Assembly: GCA_964645585.1 (NCBI GenBank)
Contig: CAZYAN010000007.1
Coordinates: 6,297 to 70,296 of the forward strand
DNA from: an uncultured Opitutales bacterium
Lineage (GTDB): Bacteria; Verrucomicrobiota; Verrucomicrobiia; Opitutales; T3Sed10-336
DNA length: 64,000 nucleotides
Reading direction: 5' to 3'
Below the pieces are notes generated by a model. That model saw nothing but the letters and a program-made list of their open reading frames with translations. It did no database searches and was not told the DNA's origin. The position numbers and the translations under genes were made by a program. Positions 10,467 through 19,954 of the stretch are shown here, piece after piece (the stretch's first letter is position 1; every line of letters begins with the position of its first letter).

Positions 10467-11849
10467 TCAGGAAATCGGAAGCGTGCCGTAGCTGATCGGC
10501 TCAATTTCGCGACCGTCGCCGGTCGTAATTTTCCGTGTCTTCGCGTCGAAGAGGCACATCACGTTCAGACGCTCCGACATTTCCGCCAGCGCCAGGATGA
10601 CCTGCTGGCGGATGGCCAGTTCCGGCCCCGCGATCGGGTCTTTGTTGGAGCGGATGCTGTCGTACCAGTTCTGCAGGTGGGCATTCATATCGTTGCCCGG
10701 CGAAAGCTCGAACACTTCAGGGTCGATCTCGTCGGCAAACGGACGTTCCGGGTTCAGTGTCACCCGGTTTCCGCCGATCGTAATCGTCGCATGGTGTCCG
10801 CGAATCATATCTTGGAGGCCCTGCTCATTGACGGTGCTGCCGATGATTTGGAAGGCAAAGCCCGACGGAAACTCCGCGACGATCTGAATGTTGTCGCAGA
10901 CATCGCGATCGGTCTGGATCGCGCGGGTACCGAGCGAAACGACGCGGCTCGGGAATTCGCTCGTCGCCGTAGCCAAAAGCATCGGACTAAGCCGGTGCGG
11001 AATCAGGTCGCCAGTGATGCCGGCGCAGTAAGGGAAGTATTTCCGCCACCGGAAATAGTGGTCCGCGCTGAAGGCGCGATTGGGCACCGGTCCCAGCCAG
11101 TCGTTCCAGTTCAGAGAATCTTTGTTGAAGTCGGGATCGATGGTGTAGTTCCACTCCCCCTTCGATCCGGAATTCCGCATGTAGGAGGCTTGCGCGAGAA
11201 CCAGCGGGCCGACACTGCCGGATTTCACCAATTCCGCGCACTGCGTCCAAGCGGGATTCGACGCGCCCTGTGTCCCCAGTTGCAAAACCTTTCCCGTGCG
11301 CCGGGCGGTGTCATAAACGTCAAATGCCTCACCGAGGTAGCGGGTAAACGGCTTTTCCAGGTAAACATGCTTGCCCGCTTCCATCGCGTCGATGGCAATC
11401 CGTGCGTGCCATTGATCGACGGTGGAAATCAGAACCGCGTCAATGTCCGGCAGTTCCAGCACTTTACGGTAATCGGTAAAGCAGCGGTCGGCGGGAAGAT
11501 TCGCCCTCTCCCGCGCCGCCTCCGCCCGCTTGGACCACAAATCACAGACGGCAGCAACTTCGACGTTGGCTTTCTCGGCAAACCCGAGGATCGAACGCAT
11601 GTTCGACGCGCCGCGGCCCCCGAGACCGATCATCCCGATTCGGATGCGTTCTCCGGAGCCGATCGCGGATCCCGGGGCCGGCGCGGCAATCGGCCGCGGT
11701 GTTCCCGCCTGCGCGGAGGCGGAATGGCGGAAAAGCGATCCGCCGATCAGAGCGCCGGCAGCCGCCGCGGCACCCTTTTTAATAAACGAACGGCGCGTTT
11801 CAGCCGCGCCGACAGAAGGTATGGAGCGTTTTTGGTTCATAAAGTTCAT
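10467..11849 (-). CDS. Gfo/Idh/MocA family oxidoreductase with a twin-arginine signal
   Basis: TAT motif TRRSFIKKGAAAAAGA. Rossmann motif IGMIGLGGRG and the EKP motif (YLEKPF). Confidence 0.85.
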   Translation of the reverse strand: MNFMNQKRSIPSVGAAETRRSFIKKGAAAAAGALIGGSLFRHSASAQAGTPRPIAAPAPGSAIGSGERIRIGMIGLGGRGASNMRSILGFAEKANVEVAAVCDLWSKRAEAARERANLPADRCFTDYRKVLELPDIDAVLISTVDQWHARIAIDAMEAGKHVYLEKPFTRYLGEAFDVYDTARRTGKVLQLGTQGASNPAWTQCAELVKSGSVGPLVLAQASYMRNSGSKGEWNYTIDPDFNKDSLNWNDWLGPVPNRAFSADHYFRWRKYFPYCAGITGDLIPHRLSPMLLATATSEFPSRVVSLGTRAIQTDRDVCDNIQIVAEFPSGFAFQIIGSTVNEQGLQDMIRGHHATITIGGNRVTLNPERPFADEIDPEVFELSPGNDMNAHLQNWYDSIRSNKDPIAGPELAIRQQVILALAEMSERLNVMCLFDAKTRKITTGDGREIEPISYGTLPIS

Positions 11850-11995
11850 TCATCGGAAAGTTCGCGCTGGTGGAATCGTCAAACCGCAGCCTACCGCTCC
11901 TTTTGGCCTCGCGGCAAGGGTTATCCGCTCCGCGGATGTGCATGGTGCCTGGTGCTTCGTGTTTTGGCTGCCTGTGCCGCGCATCCGGATGATTC

Positions 11996-13438
11996 TCATT
12001 CCTTCGGGCCTTCCTTCACCCGGATTTTGACCTCCCGGCGACCGCTGCCTTCGAGCGAGATGAAGGCTGGAAGCGGCGCCAGCCGGACGCGCAGTTCCTG
12101 TTCGCCTCCGGCGTTGCCGCTGCCGGAAACCGGCCAGGAGACGGGAACCGTCGGAAGGTGGGTCAATTTCGTCACCCGCGACCGCGGCCCGGTAACGCGA
12201 ACGGTCAGCGGTTCCACCGAGAAAGCCAAGACATTCGCATCCGGGAGATTTTGCTCTGACCAAACGACCTCAACCGGCACATCCCGGCTGATCTGCGGTT
12301 CGAGGTGCATCTCGACATTTCCCGGCAAGACTTGCTCGATTTCCAAACCCGGCGGCAGCCGAATATTCTCTTCACTGATCGGGATTGCATGACTCCCGTG
12401 CGGCAGCCCCGCTAAATCAATAAACGCCGACACCTGGGCCGGGCGAAGGGCCTCTACCAGCGGATTTTTCCCGGAGATCCTCACCACAAATACCTCGTCG
12501 AAATCGTGCGTGACCACCGTGTTTTCCGGAACATTTCGAAACTCCACCGGCACGCGGAAACTGACCAGCGAATGGCCGGCGCCCAGGTAGAGATTCCAGA
12601 GCACGCAAACCATCAGAAACGTGAGCGCAAGACCGCCCGCCTGCCGCAAGCCCTCGACCGGCAGCGTCTTCCGGTTCGATTTGACGTCCTGCTTTCCCAG
12701 CAGCTCGCTCAGCCGCATACGCAATCCCGCCCGATCCTCGAAGGTCTCGATTTTTCCCCGCTCAACCAGCGAAACCTCCCGACGCTCCTCTGAGACGGCC
12801 ACAACGACGGCATCACACCGTTCGGTCAATCCGAGGGCGGCCCGATGACGCGTGCCGAATTTCTTCGGAAGGTTTCTCTGGTTGGTCAACGGAAGAAACC
12901 CGCCAATCCGCGTGATCCGACCGGCTCGGACAACGATGGCTCCGTCATGCACCGGACTGCCTTTGGAAAAGATACTTTGGACAATCGCCGGACTGAATTG
13001 GCCGTCGAGATCCGCTCCTTCCTGCAGGAATTCAGCTACATTGTCGCGCCGCTGGAGGCAAATCAGCCCGCCCACCCCCTCAGCCGCGAGCCGAAAGGCC
13101 ACCGATGCAACCTGCTCGGGATCGATTTGCGCCGGCGAAATCGGCTGACCGAGGAAGAAGCGCATCGGGTTGGTATGAAGGAGGACCGACCGGATCTCCC
13201 GCCGGAAAACGATGATCAGCGCGATCGCCGCCACAGCCGCCATCGCTTGAAAAAAACGGGTTGTGAGAACAAGACCCGCACTCTCCGCCGCAAAGTAAAG
13301 CAGCCAAAGAAAAAAGAAACCCACGGCGACTTGGAGCGCAGTCGTCCCCCGAAAAAGCAAATACAGCCGATGCAGCAGGAAACTGATCAGCAGAAGATCT
13401 AAGAGTTCTTTCCAGGAAAAGGGAACGAAGGGCGTCAT
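11996..13438 (-). CDS. cdaA: Diadenylate cyclase CdaA fused to C-terminal YbbR/CdaR-like repeats
   Basis: Three N-terminal TM helices. DAC-domain motifs VHDGAIVV and GTRHRAALG. The C-terminal ~210 aa show the YbbR-like pattern (PVEFRNVP...VRISG..., VPVEVVW...VRVTGPRSRV). Confidence 0.85.
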   Translation of the reverse strand: MTPFVPFSWKELLDLLLISFLLHRLYLLFRGTTALQVAVGFFFLWLLYFAAESAGLVLTTRFFQAMAAVAAIALIIVFRREIRSVLLHTNPMRFFLGQPISPAQIDPEQVASVAFRLAAEGVGGLICLQRRDNVAEFLQEGADLDGQFSPAIVQSIFSKGSPVHDGAIVVRAGRITRIGGFLPLTNQRNLPKKFGTRHRAALGLTERCDAVVVAVSEERREVSLVERGKIETFEDRAGLRMRLSELLGKQDVKSNRKTLPVEGLRQAGGLALTFLMVCVLWNLYLGAGHSLVSFRVPVEFRNVPENTVVTHDFDEVFVVRISGKNPLVEALRPAQVSAFIDLAGLPHGSHAIPISEENIRLPPGLEIEQVLPGNVEMHLEPQISRDVPVEVVWSEQNLPDANVLAFSVEPLTVRVTGPRSRVTKLTHLPTVPVSWPVSGSGNAGGEQELRVRLAPLPAFISLEGSGRREVKIRVKEGPKE

Positions 13439-13602
13439 CTCGGGATCGCGGGTTGCGGCTTTATCTTCCGCCTCCCGTTATGGGAACCCTTAACTGCCCC
13501 GACAGTTCCTTTCAATTTAGAAGTTTTCCGGCCTCAGGTGCAGCGCGATTCCATCTTCCCCTTCCTGTTTCCGATTTCCAATTTCCTCTTTCTCTTCCCT
13601 TT

Positions 13603-14046
13603 TTACCCGTTCGCGGCGCGCCCGGCCGGTTCCGAGACAAAGCGGAGAACTTCAGCCGCTTTGTGTTCAGACGTGTGCCTCGCGATGTCGGCCTGGGCGA
13701 CCATTCCGCAAATCTCGCCGTTTTGGTCGACCACCGGCACGCGCCGGATCTGGTTTTCCTCCATGATGTCGCAGATCTCGTCGACAGTTGTGTCAGGCGT
13801 AGCCGTGATTACGGTTTTGGTCATCACATCTTCCGCCCGCAGTTCCAGGGGATTTTTCCCTGCCGCTACCGCCCGGCAGACAATATCGCGATCCGTCACG
13901 ACCCCCACCGGCCGCAACCGGTCGCGGCTCTGGACAATCGGCACTTCCCCGCAATCGTTCTCAAGCATGATCCGCGCTATCTCTCGAAGCTGCGTCTCAG
14001 GCGTGGAACAAACCGGACGGCTCGTCATAATCTCGCTCACCTTCAT
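13603..14046 (-). CDS. Stand-alone CBS-pair domain protein
   Basis: Two CBS repeats (MKVSEIMTSRPV...PVGVVTDRDI and AEDVMTKTVITA...ICGMVAQADI). The ATG at 14046 is preceded by GGAGAGGAG. An alternative ATG lies at 14067. Confidence 0.85.
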   Translation of the reverse strand: MKVSEIMTSRPVCSTPETQLREIARIMLENDCGEVPIVQSRDRLRPVGVVTDRDIVCRAVAAGKNPLELRAEDVMTKTVITATPDTTVDEICDIMEENQIRRVPVVDQNGEICGMVAQADIARHTSEHKAAEVLRFVSEPAGRAANG

Positions 14047-14286
14047 TGGGTTCTCCTCTCCTTCCATGATTCTCAGTTCTCGTTTCTGTCTCTTCGCTGC
14101 TTTTCTATTACGGTAGAGCCGGCGCCCTGCTTTCGCGAAAACTCCCGCCCTGAACCGGAGCTCGGGTTATTCCTTATTTGATCGGGCGACGGAGGATTTT
14201 CAGGAGCGGCGCCCGTTGCAAGGCTCCCGGGTGCGTATTACGTTTGGAAGAACAACAAGAAACTTTTGCGGAAGGAAAAAACGATC

Positions 14287-14721
14287 ATGAGCGAGAAGAA
14301 ACTGGATGTAATCGATACGACGGTTCAAAAGACATACGAGTGGCTGGGCGATATCCGGGAGGAACTTCACATCCCTGATTCCCAGACCGCTTACCACGCT
14401 CTTTCGTCCGTGCTCCACACCCTTCGGGACCGCCTGCCAGCTGAAGACGTGGCCGGGTTTGGCGCTCAGTTGCCAATTCTGATCCGGGGCATTTTTTATG
14501 ACGCGTGGCGCCCGGCGGGCAAGCCGCTCAAAATACGGAGCCGCGAGCAGTTTCTCGACTTGGTGGCCGAGCGGTTCGGCGGCATCGCGGTCGTCCAGCC
14601 GGAACGCCTTGTTCATGCGGTGCTGACGGTCGTGGAGAAACATGTCTCGCCCGGCGAGGTTGAGAAGCTCCAATCGACGCTGCCGCGCGACATTCGAGAA
14701 CTATGGACCCAAGCGGCCTGA
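14287..14721 (+). CDS. DUF2267 family protein
   Basis: YEWLGDIREEL...AYHALSSVLHTLRDRLP..EDVAGFGAQLP.LIRGIFYDAW matches the DUF2267 pattern as I recall it. It is transcribed divergently from the CBS gene. Confidence 0.78.
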   Translation: MSEKKLDVIDTTVQKTYEWLGDIREELHIPDSQTAYHALSSVLHTLRDRLPAEDVAGFGAQLPILIRGIFYDAWRPAGKPLKIRSREQFLDLVAERFGGIAVVQPERLVHAVLTVVEKHVSPGEVEKLQSTLPRDIRELWTQAA

Positions 14722-14782
14722 CCCGGCGTATCCAACAACCGAACACAAAAGACAAGCGGACCGGAGACTTCTCATCCGCGAC

Positions 14783-15478
14783 CTATTCCGGCGCCCCGAG
14801 GATCGCGAACAGCCGCTGAAAGAGCGTGTCGACCGTGCGCCGATTTTCGGCAACCTGTTTGTGAAACCGCTCTCCCGTGACAGCCTCGTCGCGGATCCCG
14901 TTTGCATAGTTGTCGACAACGCAAAGCGAATTATACCGCAATCCAGCTTCGCGGGCGAGGTCAGCCTCGCTCGCCAGCGTCATTCCAACCACGTCTCCCC
15001 AGTGACGGATGATACGGACTTCCGCGCGTGTCTCAAACCTGGGCCCGCGCGTCTGAACGTAAACCGCTCCTGTCTCGATCGGCACACCAGCCGATTCCCG
15101 AATGCCAGGTATCAGATTGTTCGATACAAAAGGGGCTTCGTAATTCCCGGTTTCATCATCGAAGGTTGCCGGATGGAAACTGACGTAATCGCTGCAGGAA
15201 ACGACCGTGCCGGGCGGGAGATCTTCGCGCAGGGATCCGACCGAACTCACCGCGACGATATCCTCGAATCCAAGATCGGCAAACGCCTGAATGTTCGCGC
15301 GGTGATTGATCGCGTGGGGAGGCGTCAGCCCGCGGCATCCATGCCGATTGATGATGGCAAAAGACTCCCGTCGCCGCACCGTAACGCGGCCGTACTTGGT
15401 TTCGATTAGAGTGGACTCCCAGTGATCGAATAAACGGGAGTGGAGAATACTCGTCCCGCTGATAAATCCCACCTTCAT
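14783..15478 (-). CDS. MTAP-family purine nucleoside / methylthioadenosine phosphorylase
   Basis: IINRHG....PPHAINHRANI, VQTRGPRFETRAE and GMTLASEADLAREAG. Confidence 0.85.
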   Translation of the reverse strand: MKVGFISGTSILHSRLFDHWESTLIETKYGRVTVRRRESFAIINRHGCRGLTPPHAINHRANIQAFADLGFEDIVAVSSVGSLREDLPPGTVVSCSDYVSFHPATFDDETGNYEAPFVSNNLIPGIRESAGVPIETGAVYVQTRGPRFETRAEVRIIRHWGDVVGMTLASEADLAREAGLRYNSLCVVDNYANGIRDEAVTGERFHKQVAENRRTVDTLFQRLFAILGAPE

Positions 15479-15484
15479 AACGGA

Positions 15485-15561
15485 TGGTGGTCGCTACAGA
15501 ACTCGAATCTGTGACCTCCTGCGTGTGAAGCAGGCGCTCTAACCAACTGAGCTAAGCGACC
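15485..15561 (-). tRNA. tRNA-Val (anticodon CAC), with CCA encoded
   Basis: The reverse complement reads GGTCGCTTAGCTCAGTTGGTTAGAGCGCCTGCTTCACACGCAGGAGGTCACAGATTCGAGTTCTGTAGCGACCACCA. The acceptor stem GGTCGCT/AGCGACC and anticodon stem CCTGC/GCAGG with loop TTCACAC are present, along with a GTTCGAGT-type T-loop (AGATTCGAGTTCT). Confidence 0.9.
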
Positions 15562-15712
15562 TTGATAAGGCACCCGGAAAGCAGGCCGCCGCAAGGCGCA
15601 CTGCCCGGTCATCCCTTCCTAAAAGATCGCTCCGTTCGATTGTGTCAAGAATTCTGCTCGGTCAAGTTTCGCCGTCGCGAGCAATCCGTGACCGCCAAAA
15701 CTCCTTCTTGCG

Positions 15713-17461
15713 CTACAACGAAGACGGCAGTTCGTCCGCCGCGGGGCCCGCGGCTTTTCCGGACGTCCGTGGATCGTGCGCACCGATAAAGGACTCCTCC
15801 AAGCGGCCGACAGCCTGCGAAAGGCCGATCCCTTGGACCCGCCTGATCTTGTGCCCCCGCTCCTCGAGTTTCTCGATCAGTTCATTCGAAAAGCTTTCCT
15901 CGATCCGGAGCGTGTTGGGAATCCATTGATGATGGAACCGCGGCTGCGCCAGCGCTTCGCCCGCGTCCATGCCGAGGTCAATCGTGCCGACAATCGCCAG
16001 GACGGTTTGCGTGATAATCGTCGGACCGCCGGCGGCGCCGACGGACAGCACCGGCTTCCCGGCAGGATTCAGCACAATCGTTGGACTCATCGCCGAGAGA
16101 GGCCGCTTGCCTCCTTCGACTTTGTTGGCCTCGCCTCCGATCAAGCCGAACGCGTTCGGCACGCCGGGCTGTATGGAAAAATCGTCCATCTCGTTGTTCA
16201 AGATCACCCCCGTTCCCGGAACGACGACTTTTGACCCGAAAGCGGTGTTAATCGTCGCGGTGATCGCGACCCAGTTTCCTTCGGCATCCGCCGTGGAGAG
16301 ATGCGTCGTGTGACGGTTGAAAATGTTCTCCTCCCAGCCTGGCGGAACGCTGTGCGACGGCACTTCGATGGCGCGATCCATCTGGATTCGCTTCGCAAGC
16401 GCGGCACCGTAACCGGGATCGGCCAACCCTTTCGGCACATTGACGAAATCGGCATCGCCCAGCCAATAGGCACGGTCGGCAAACGCGAGCTTCATCGCTT
16501 CAGCCATCACATGGACCCGGTCGACCGGGTCCATCGCGGCGATGTCGAATTCTTCAAGAATGTTCAGGATTTGCGCGACATGCACACCACCGGAACTCGC
16601 CGGAGGAAATCCGAAAATCGTGTGGCCGCGATAGGTGGACTGGATCGGTTCGCGCATGATTGCCCGGTAGCTCGCGAAATCCTCCTCGGTCATCATTCCG
16701 CCATTCGCCTTCATCCACGCCGCTGTTCGCTTGGCGACCGGCCCGCGATAAAAATAATCCGGACCGTCCGCCGCGATTCCGCGATACGTTTCCGCGAGAT
16801 CAACCTGACGGAAAATATGACCTTCCGCCCACGGCTTTCCTTCTCCATCGAGAAACAAAGCACGCGATCCCTCAAAGCGACGGAAAACATCCGTGAACCG
16901 CTCGATTCGGCGGGCATACGAAGCGGTCAGCGGATAGCCCTCCTCCGCCAGGCGCGCCCCCGGCTCCAGCAGATCCGCCAGCGGCTTGCGTCCGAATTTC
17001 TCAACAGCGAGCGCGTACGCCGCGACCGCGCCCGGCACACCCGCCGCCAGCGCTCCCGTCTGACTCAGGGAGGTGTCGCCTTTCCCGTCGACAAGATACA
17101 TTTCGGGATGCGCCGCGGCCGGCGCTTTTTCGCGTCCGTCGATCGCAAAGATTTTCCCGTCAGCGCGGTGGATCAGAATGAAACATCCGCCGCCAATCCC
17201 GGCCGCCGCCGGGTCGACCACACCGAGCGTCAGCCCGGCCGCTGCCGCGGCGTCGATCGCGTTGCCGCCGTTTCTTAACACCTCGACCGCGGCATCGGTC
17301 GCCGCCGGATGAACGGTCGCCACCATCCCGCCGTCCGCCCGGCCGATAGGTGCGGCGCCGGGTGCGGCGACCGGCGCAAAAAAGAAAGCGGCCGCGAGCG
17401 AACCGACAGTTGCTAAGACGCGGGCAGATGAGAACGGGGTCAGGCGGCGCAATGTCTCCAT
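15713..17461 (-). CDS. ggt: Gamma-glutamyltransferase
   Basis: Signal peptide. The autoprocessing Thr context is TTHLSTADAEGNWVAITATIN. GSKVVVPGTGVILNNEMDDF is also present. Confidence 0.92.
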   Translation of the reverse strand: METLRRLTPFSSARVLATVGSLAAAFFFAPVAAPGAAPIGRADGGMVATVHPAATDAAVEVLRNGGNAIDAAAAAGLTLGVVDPAAAGIGGGCFILIHRADGKIFAIDGREKAPAAAHPEMYLVDGKGDTSLSQTGALAAGVPGAVAAYALAVEKFGRKPLADLLEPGARLAEEGYPLTASYARRIERFTDVFRRFEGSRALFLDGEGKPWAEGHIFRQVDLAETYRGIAADGPDYFYRGPVAKRTAAWMKANGGMMTEEDFASYRAIMREPIQSTYRGHTIFGFPPASSGGVHVAQILNILEEFDIAAMDPVDRVHVMAEAMKLAFADRAYWLGDADFVNVPKGLADPGYGAALAKRIQMDRAIEVPSHSVPPGWEENIFNRHTTHLSTADAEGNWVAITATINTAFGSKVVVPGTGVILNNEMDDFSIQPGVPNAFGLIGGEANKVEGGKRPLSAMSPTIVLNPAGKPVLSVGAAGGPTIITQTVLAIVGTIDLGMDAGEALAQPRFHHQWIPNTLRIEESFSNELIEKLEERGHKIRRVQGIGLSQAVGRLEESFIGAHDPRTSGKAAGPAADELPSSL

Positions 17462-17588
17462 GGCCCGCCGATCGTACCGGCCGTCGGCGAAGGATCAATT
17501 TCGATTTTCCTCCTTCCGCCGCAAAAGACCCTCCGCAACAAAACGAAAGATCGAACAAAAATAAAAAATGAAAAAGGATAGATAAAAA

Positions 17589-18239
17589 ATGAGAAATGAA
17601 CCTGAAACTCTCGACTGGGGCGTTCTCCCGTACCGCGAGGCATGGGAGCGGCAAAACGAGCGGCTGCGCCTGCGCCACGCGGGCCATGCGCCCGACGCGC
17701 TGATCTTCGTCGAGCATCCGCCGGTCTTCACCATTGGCGTTCGCCGTGGCGCTTCCCAGCACCTGCTTTGGGACGGCGAACGGTTGCGCCAGCAGGGAAT
17801 CGAAGTCGTCGAGACGAACCGCGGCGGCGACATCACTTACCACGGTCCCGGCCAAGTTGTTGGCTACCCGATAGTCAGCTTGGACCATTGGCGCGACCTT
17901 CACGGATATCTGCGTCTCCTCGAACAGGTTTTGATCAACACCGTCGGCTGCCTTGGGCTGGCGGCATCGCGCCGGCCCGGTAAAACCGGTATCTGGCTCA
18001 GCAACCGGAAAATCGCCGCGATCGGCGTCGGTGTAAAACGCTGGATCACCTTCCACGGTTTTGCCCTCAATGTCACAAATGACCTCGAACCGTTCAACGG
18101 TATCGTTCCGTGCGGGATCACCGACGGTTCCGTGACGTCGATAAGCCGCGAATTGGGGATTACCGTTGATCCCGCGGAAGTGAAGTCCATACTCGCGATT
18201 GAATTCTGGAAACTCTTTGCCGAAACTAAACGAGGATGA
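17589..18239 (+). CDS. lipB: Octanoyltransferase LipB
   Basis: VEHPPVFTIG, RGGDITYHGPGQ and KIAAIGVGVKRWITFHGFALNV. Its stop overlaps the lipA start by 4 nt. Confidence 0.92.
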   Translation: MRNEPETLDWGVLPYREAWERQNERLRLRHAGHAPDALIFVEHPPVFTIGVRRGASQHLLWDGERLRQQGIEVVETNRGGDITYHGPGQVVGYPIVSLDHWRDLHGYLRLLEQVLINTVGCLGLAASRRPGKTGIWLSNRKIAAIGVGVKRWITFHGFALNVTNDLEPFNGIVPCGITDGSVTSISRELGITVDPAEVKSILAIEFWKLFAETKRG

Positions 18240-19114
18240 CTGATCGCAAACCGAACTGGCTGCGGGCCAAACTTCCGAACAGCCCCGCTTACAAGCAGGT
18301 CCGCAATATCGTCGACACCAATTCGCTTCACACCGTCTGCCAAAGCGCCCAATGCCCCAACTTGGGCGAATGCTGGTCGCGCGGAACAGCGACCCTGATG
18401 ATCCTCGGCAACATCTGCACGCGCTCATGCACTTTCTGCGCGATTCAAACGGGGAAACCGACCGAACTCGATCTCGGTGAACCGGCCCGCGTCGCCGAAG
18501 CGGTCCGCAAGATGAACCTCAAACACTGCGTGATCACATCGGTCACCCGCGACGAACTCGCGGATGGCGGCGCATCCGTCTGGGCAGCAACCATTCGAGC
18601 GATTCGCCACCGCAATCCCTACACTGCCATCGAAGTCCTGGTTCCCGATTTTCAAGGAAAACTCGATCTCCTCGACACGGTTCTGGACGCCGAGCCGGAT
18701 ATTCTCAACCACAACGTCGAAACGGTCCGCCGCCTCCAAAAGAAGGTCCGCGTTCAGGCGCGCTGGGATCGGTCCGTCTCCATCCTTCGCCACGCGAAAA
18801 AGCGCAACTTCGTCACCAAAACGAGCCTGATGCTCGGAGTCGGCGAGACAAAAGACGAAATCCGCGAAAGTCTCGAAGAACTCCGCGAAGATGACGTCAA
18901 CATCCTGACGCTCGGCCAATACTTGCAACCGACTCCGATGCACTTGCCGGTCGACCGGTGGGTGACGCCGGAAGAGTTTGCCGAGTGGAAGGAGTTCGGC
19001 CTCTCGATCGGATTTGGGGTCGTCGAATCGGGCCCCCTTGTCCGCTCCTCCTACCGTGCGGATATCCAGTCGGAAAAATACGGCATCCGCGCCCGTCCCG
19101 TCGCCAGCGCTTGA
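18236..19114 (+). CDS. lipA: Lipoyl synthase LipA
   Basis: Two Cys clusters, CQSAQCPNLGEC and CTRSCTFC (radical SAM CxxxCxxC). Confidence 0.95.
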   Translation: MTDRKPNWLRAKLPNSPAYKQVRNIVDTNSLHTVCQSAQCPNLGECWSRGTATLMILGNICTRSCTFCAIQTGKPTELDLGEPARVAEAVRKMNLKHCVITSVTRDELADGGASVWAATIRAIRHRNPYTAIEVLVPDFQGKLDLLDTVLDAEPDILNHNVETVRRLQKKVRVQARWDRSVSILRHAKKRNFVTKTSLMLGVGETKDEIRESLEELREDDVNILTLGQYLQPTPMHLPVDRWVTPEEFAEWKEFGLSIGFGVVESGPLVRSSYRADIQSEKYGIRARPVASA

Positions 19115-19212
19115 TTCGCGAGCCTGCGGGAAGAAACGAAGGCTTGAACCCGCGCGGTCCGCAGCCGCAGAATGGCAAAATCAAAATTGGCCCAGCCTCC
19201 ATCTTTCCTGCC

Positions 19213-19926
19213 ATGCCGCGACTCACCAGAATCAAATTCTTCCCGCGTCTCCTTGGCGCTTTGCTCGTCTTTTCAATCGGCTTTTTCAGCTTCATCGCTT
19301 CCGCTGCAGACCGGGAAGAGAAAATGAGCGACATCCTCGAACTCCGCGGCTACACGCGGATCGGCGGGGTTCTTGAGTTCAGCGTCTACAACAAATCGGA
19401 AAAGAGGAGCCGCTGGCTAAAAGTGAACGAGGAGTACGAGGGGTATAAAATTGAGAAATACGACGGCAAACGAAACGAGATCGTCATCCAGTTCGATGGC
19501 CGTAAAGGCCGCCTCCCTCTCCAAGCGTCCCAACTTGCTGAATACAAACCACAGCCGCCCGCGCCGGCACCCGCGCCAGCGGCAGCGGCGACTGACCAGG
19601 CCGGCTCAAACAACACCGCCCGTCCCGCTTCCCGCGGCAACGGCCGGCGAGGCCGAAATCAGACTCCTGGGTCAACCGGCGAAAGCGACTCCACTCTAGG
19701 ACGCGGTGGAGACGGCACAACCGGGGGATGGGTCGGAAGCGGACGAAACCGCGGCGGTCCTCCGACGCCCCCGGATCCCGGAAATGACGGAAATGACGGC
19801 GACTCGGGCGGCAACAACGATGACAGCGATTCTGAACCACCGCCGTCTTGGGACTCCGTCGGCGACCCACCGCCCGTCCCCGTCCTTCCTCCGCCGAGCT
19901 ACACGCCGCGGGACAACACGGACTGA
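19213..19926 (+). CDS. Hypothetical secreted protein: a small N-terminal beta-rich domain followed by a long Pro/Gly/Asp/Asn-rich disordered tail.
   Basis: Signal or TM segment FFPRLLGALLVFSIGFFSFIASA. The tail includes PQPPAPAPAPAAAA and GNDGNDGDSGGNNDDSDSEPPP. The start is trimmed to ATG 19213 so that it does not overlap lipA. Confidence 0.55.
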   Translation: MPRLTRIKFFPRLLGALLVFSIGFFSFIASAADREEKMSDILELRGYTRIGGVLEFSVYNKSEKRSRWLKVNEEYEGYKIEKYDGKRNEIVIQFDGRKGRLPLQASQLAEYKPQPPAPAPAPAAAATDQAGSNNTARPASRGNGRRGRNQTPGSTGESDSTLGRGGDGTTGGWVGSGRNRGGPPTPPDPGNDGNDGDSGGNNDDSDSEPPPSWDSVGDPPPVPVLPPPSYTPRDNTD

Positions 19927-19954
19927 GGAATTTTTATTTTTTATTTCTCAGCTT

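Noticed and set aside
10350-12392. 680-aa plus-strand ORF spanning the Gfo/Idh/MocA and cdaA loci.
   Set aside because: It crosses an intergenic gap and is antisense to two well-supported minus-strand genes. No motifs were recognised.
15485-15561. tRNA-Val as an integration hotspot for the neighbouring genes.
   Set aside because: There is no integrase and no duplicated tRNA 3' fragment nearby. The flanking genes (MTAP-like, ggt) are ordinary metabolism.
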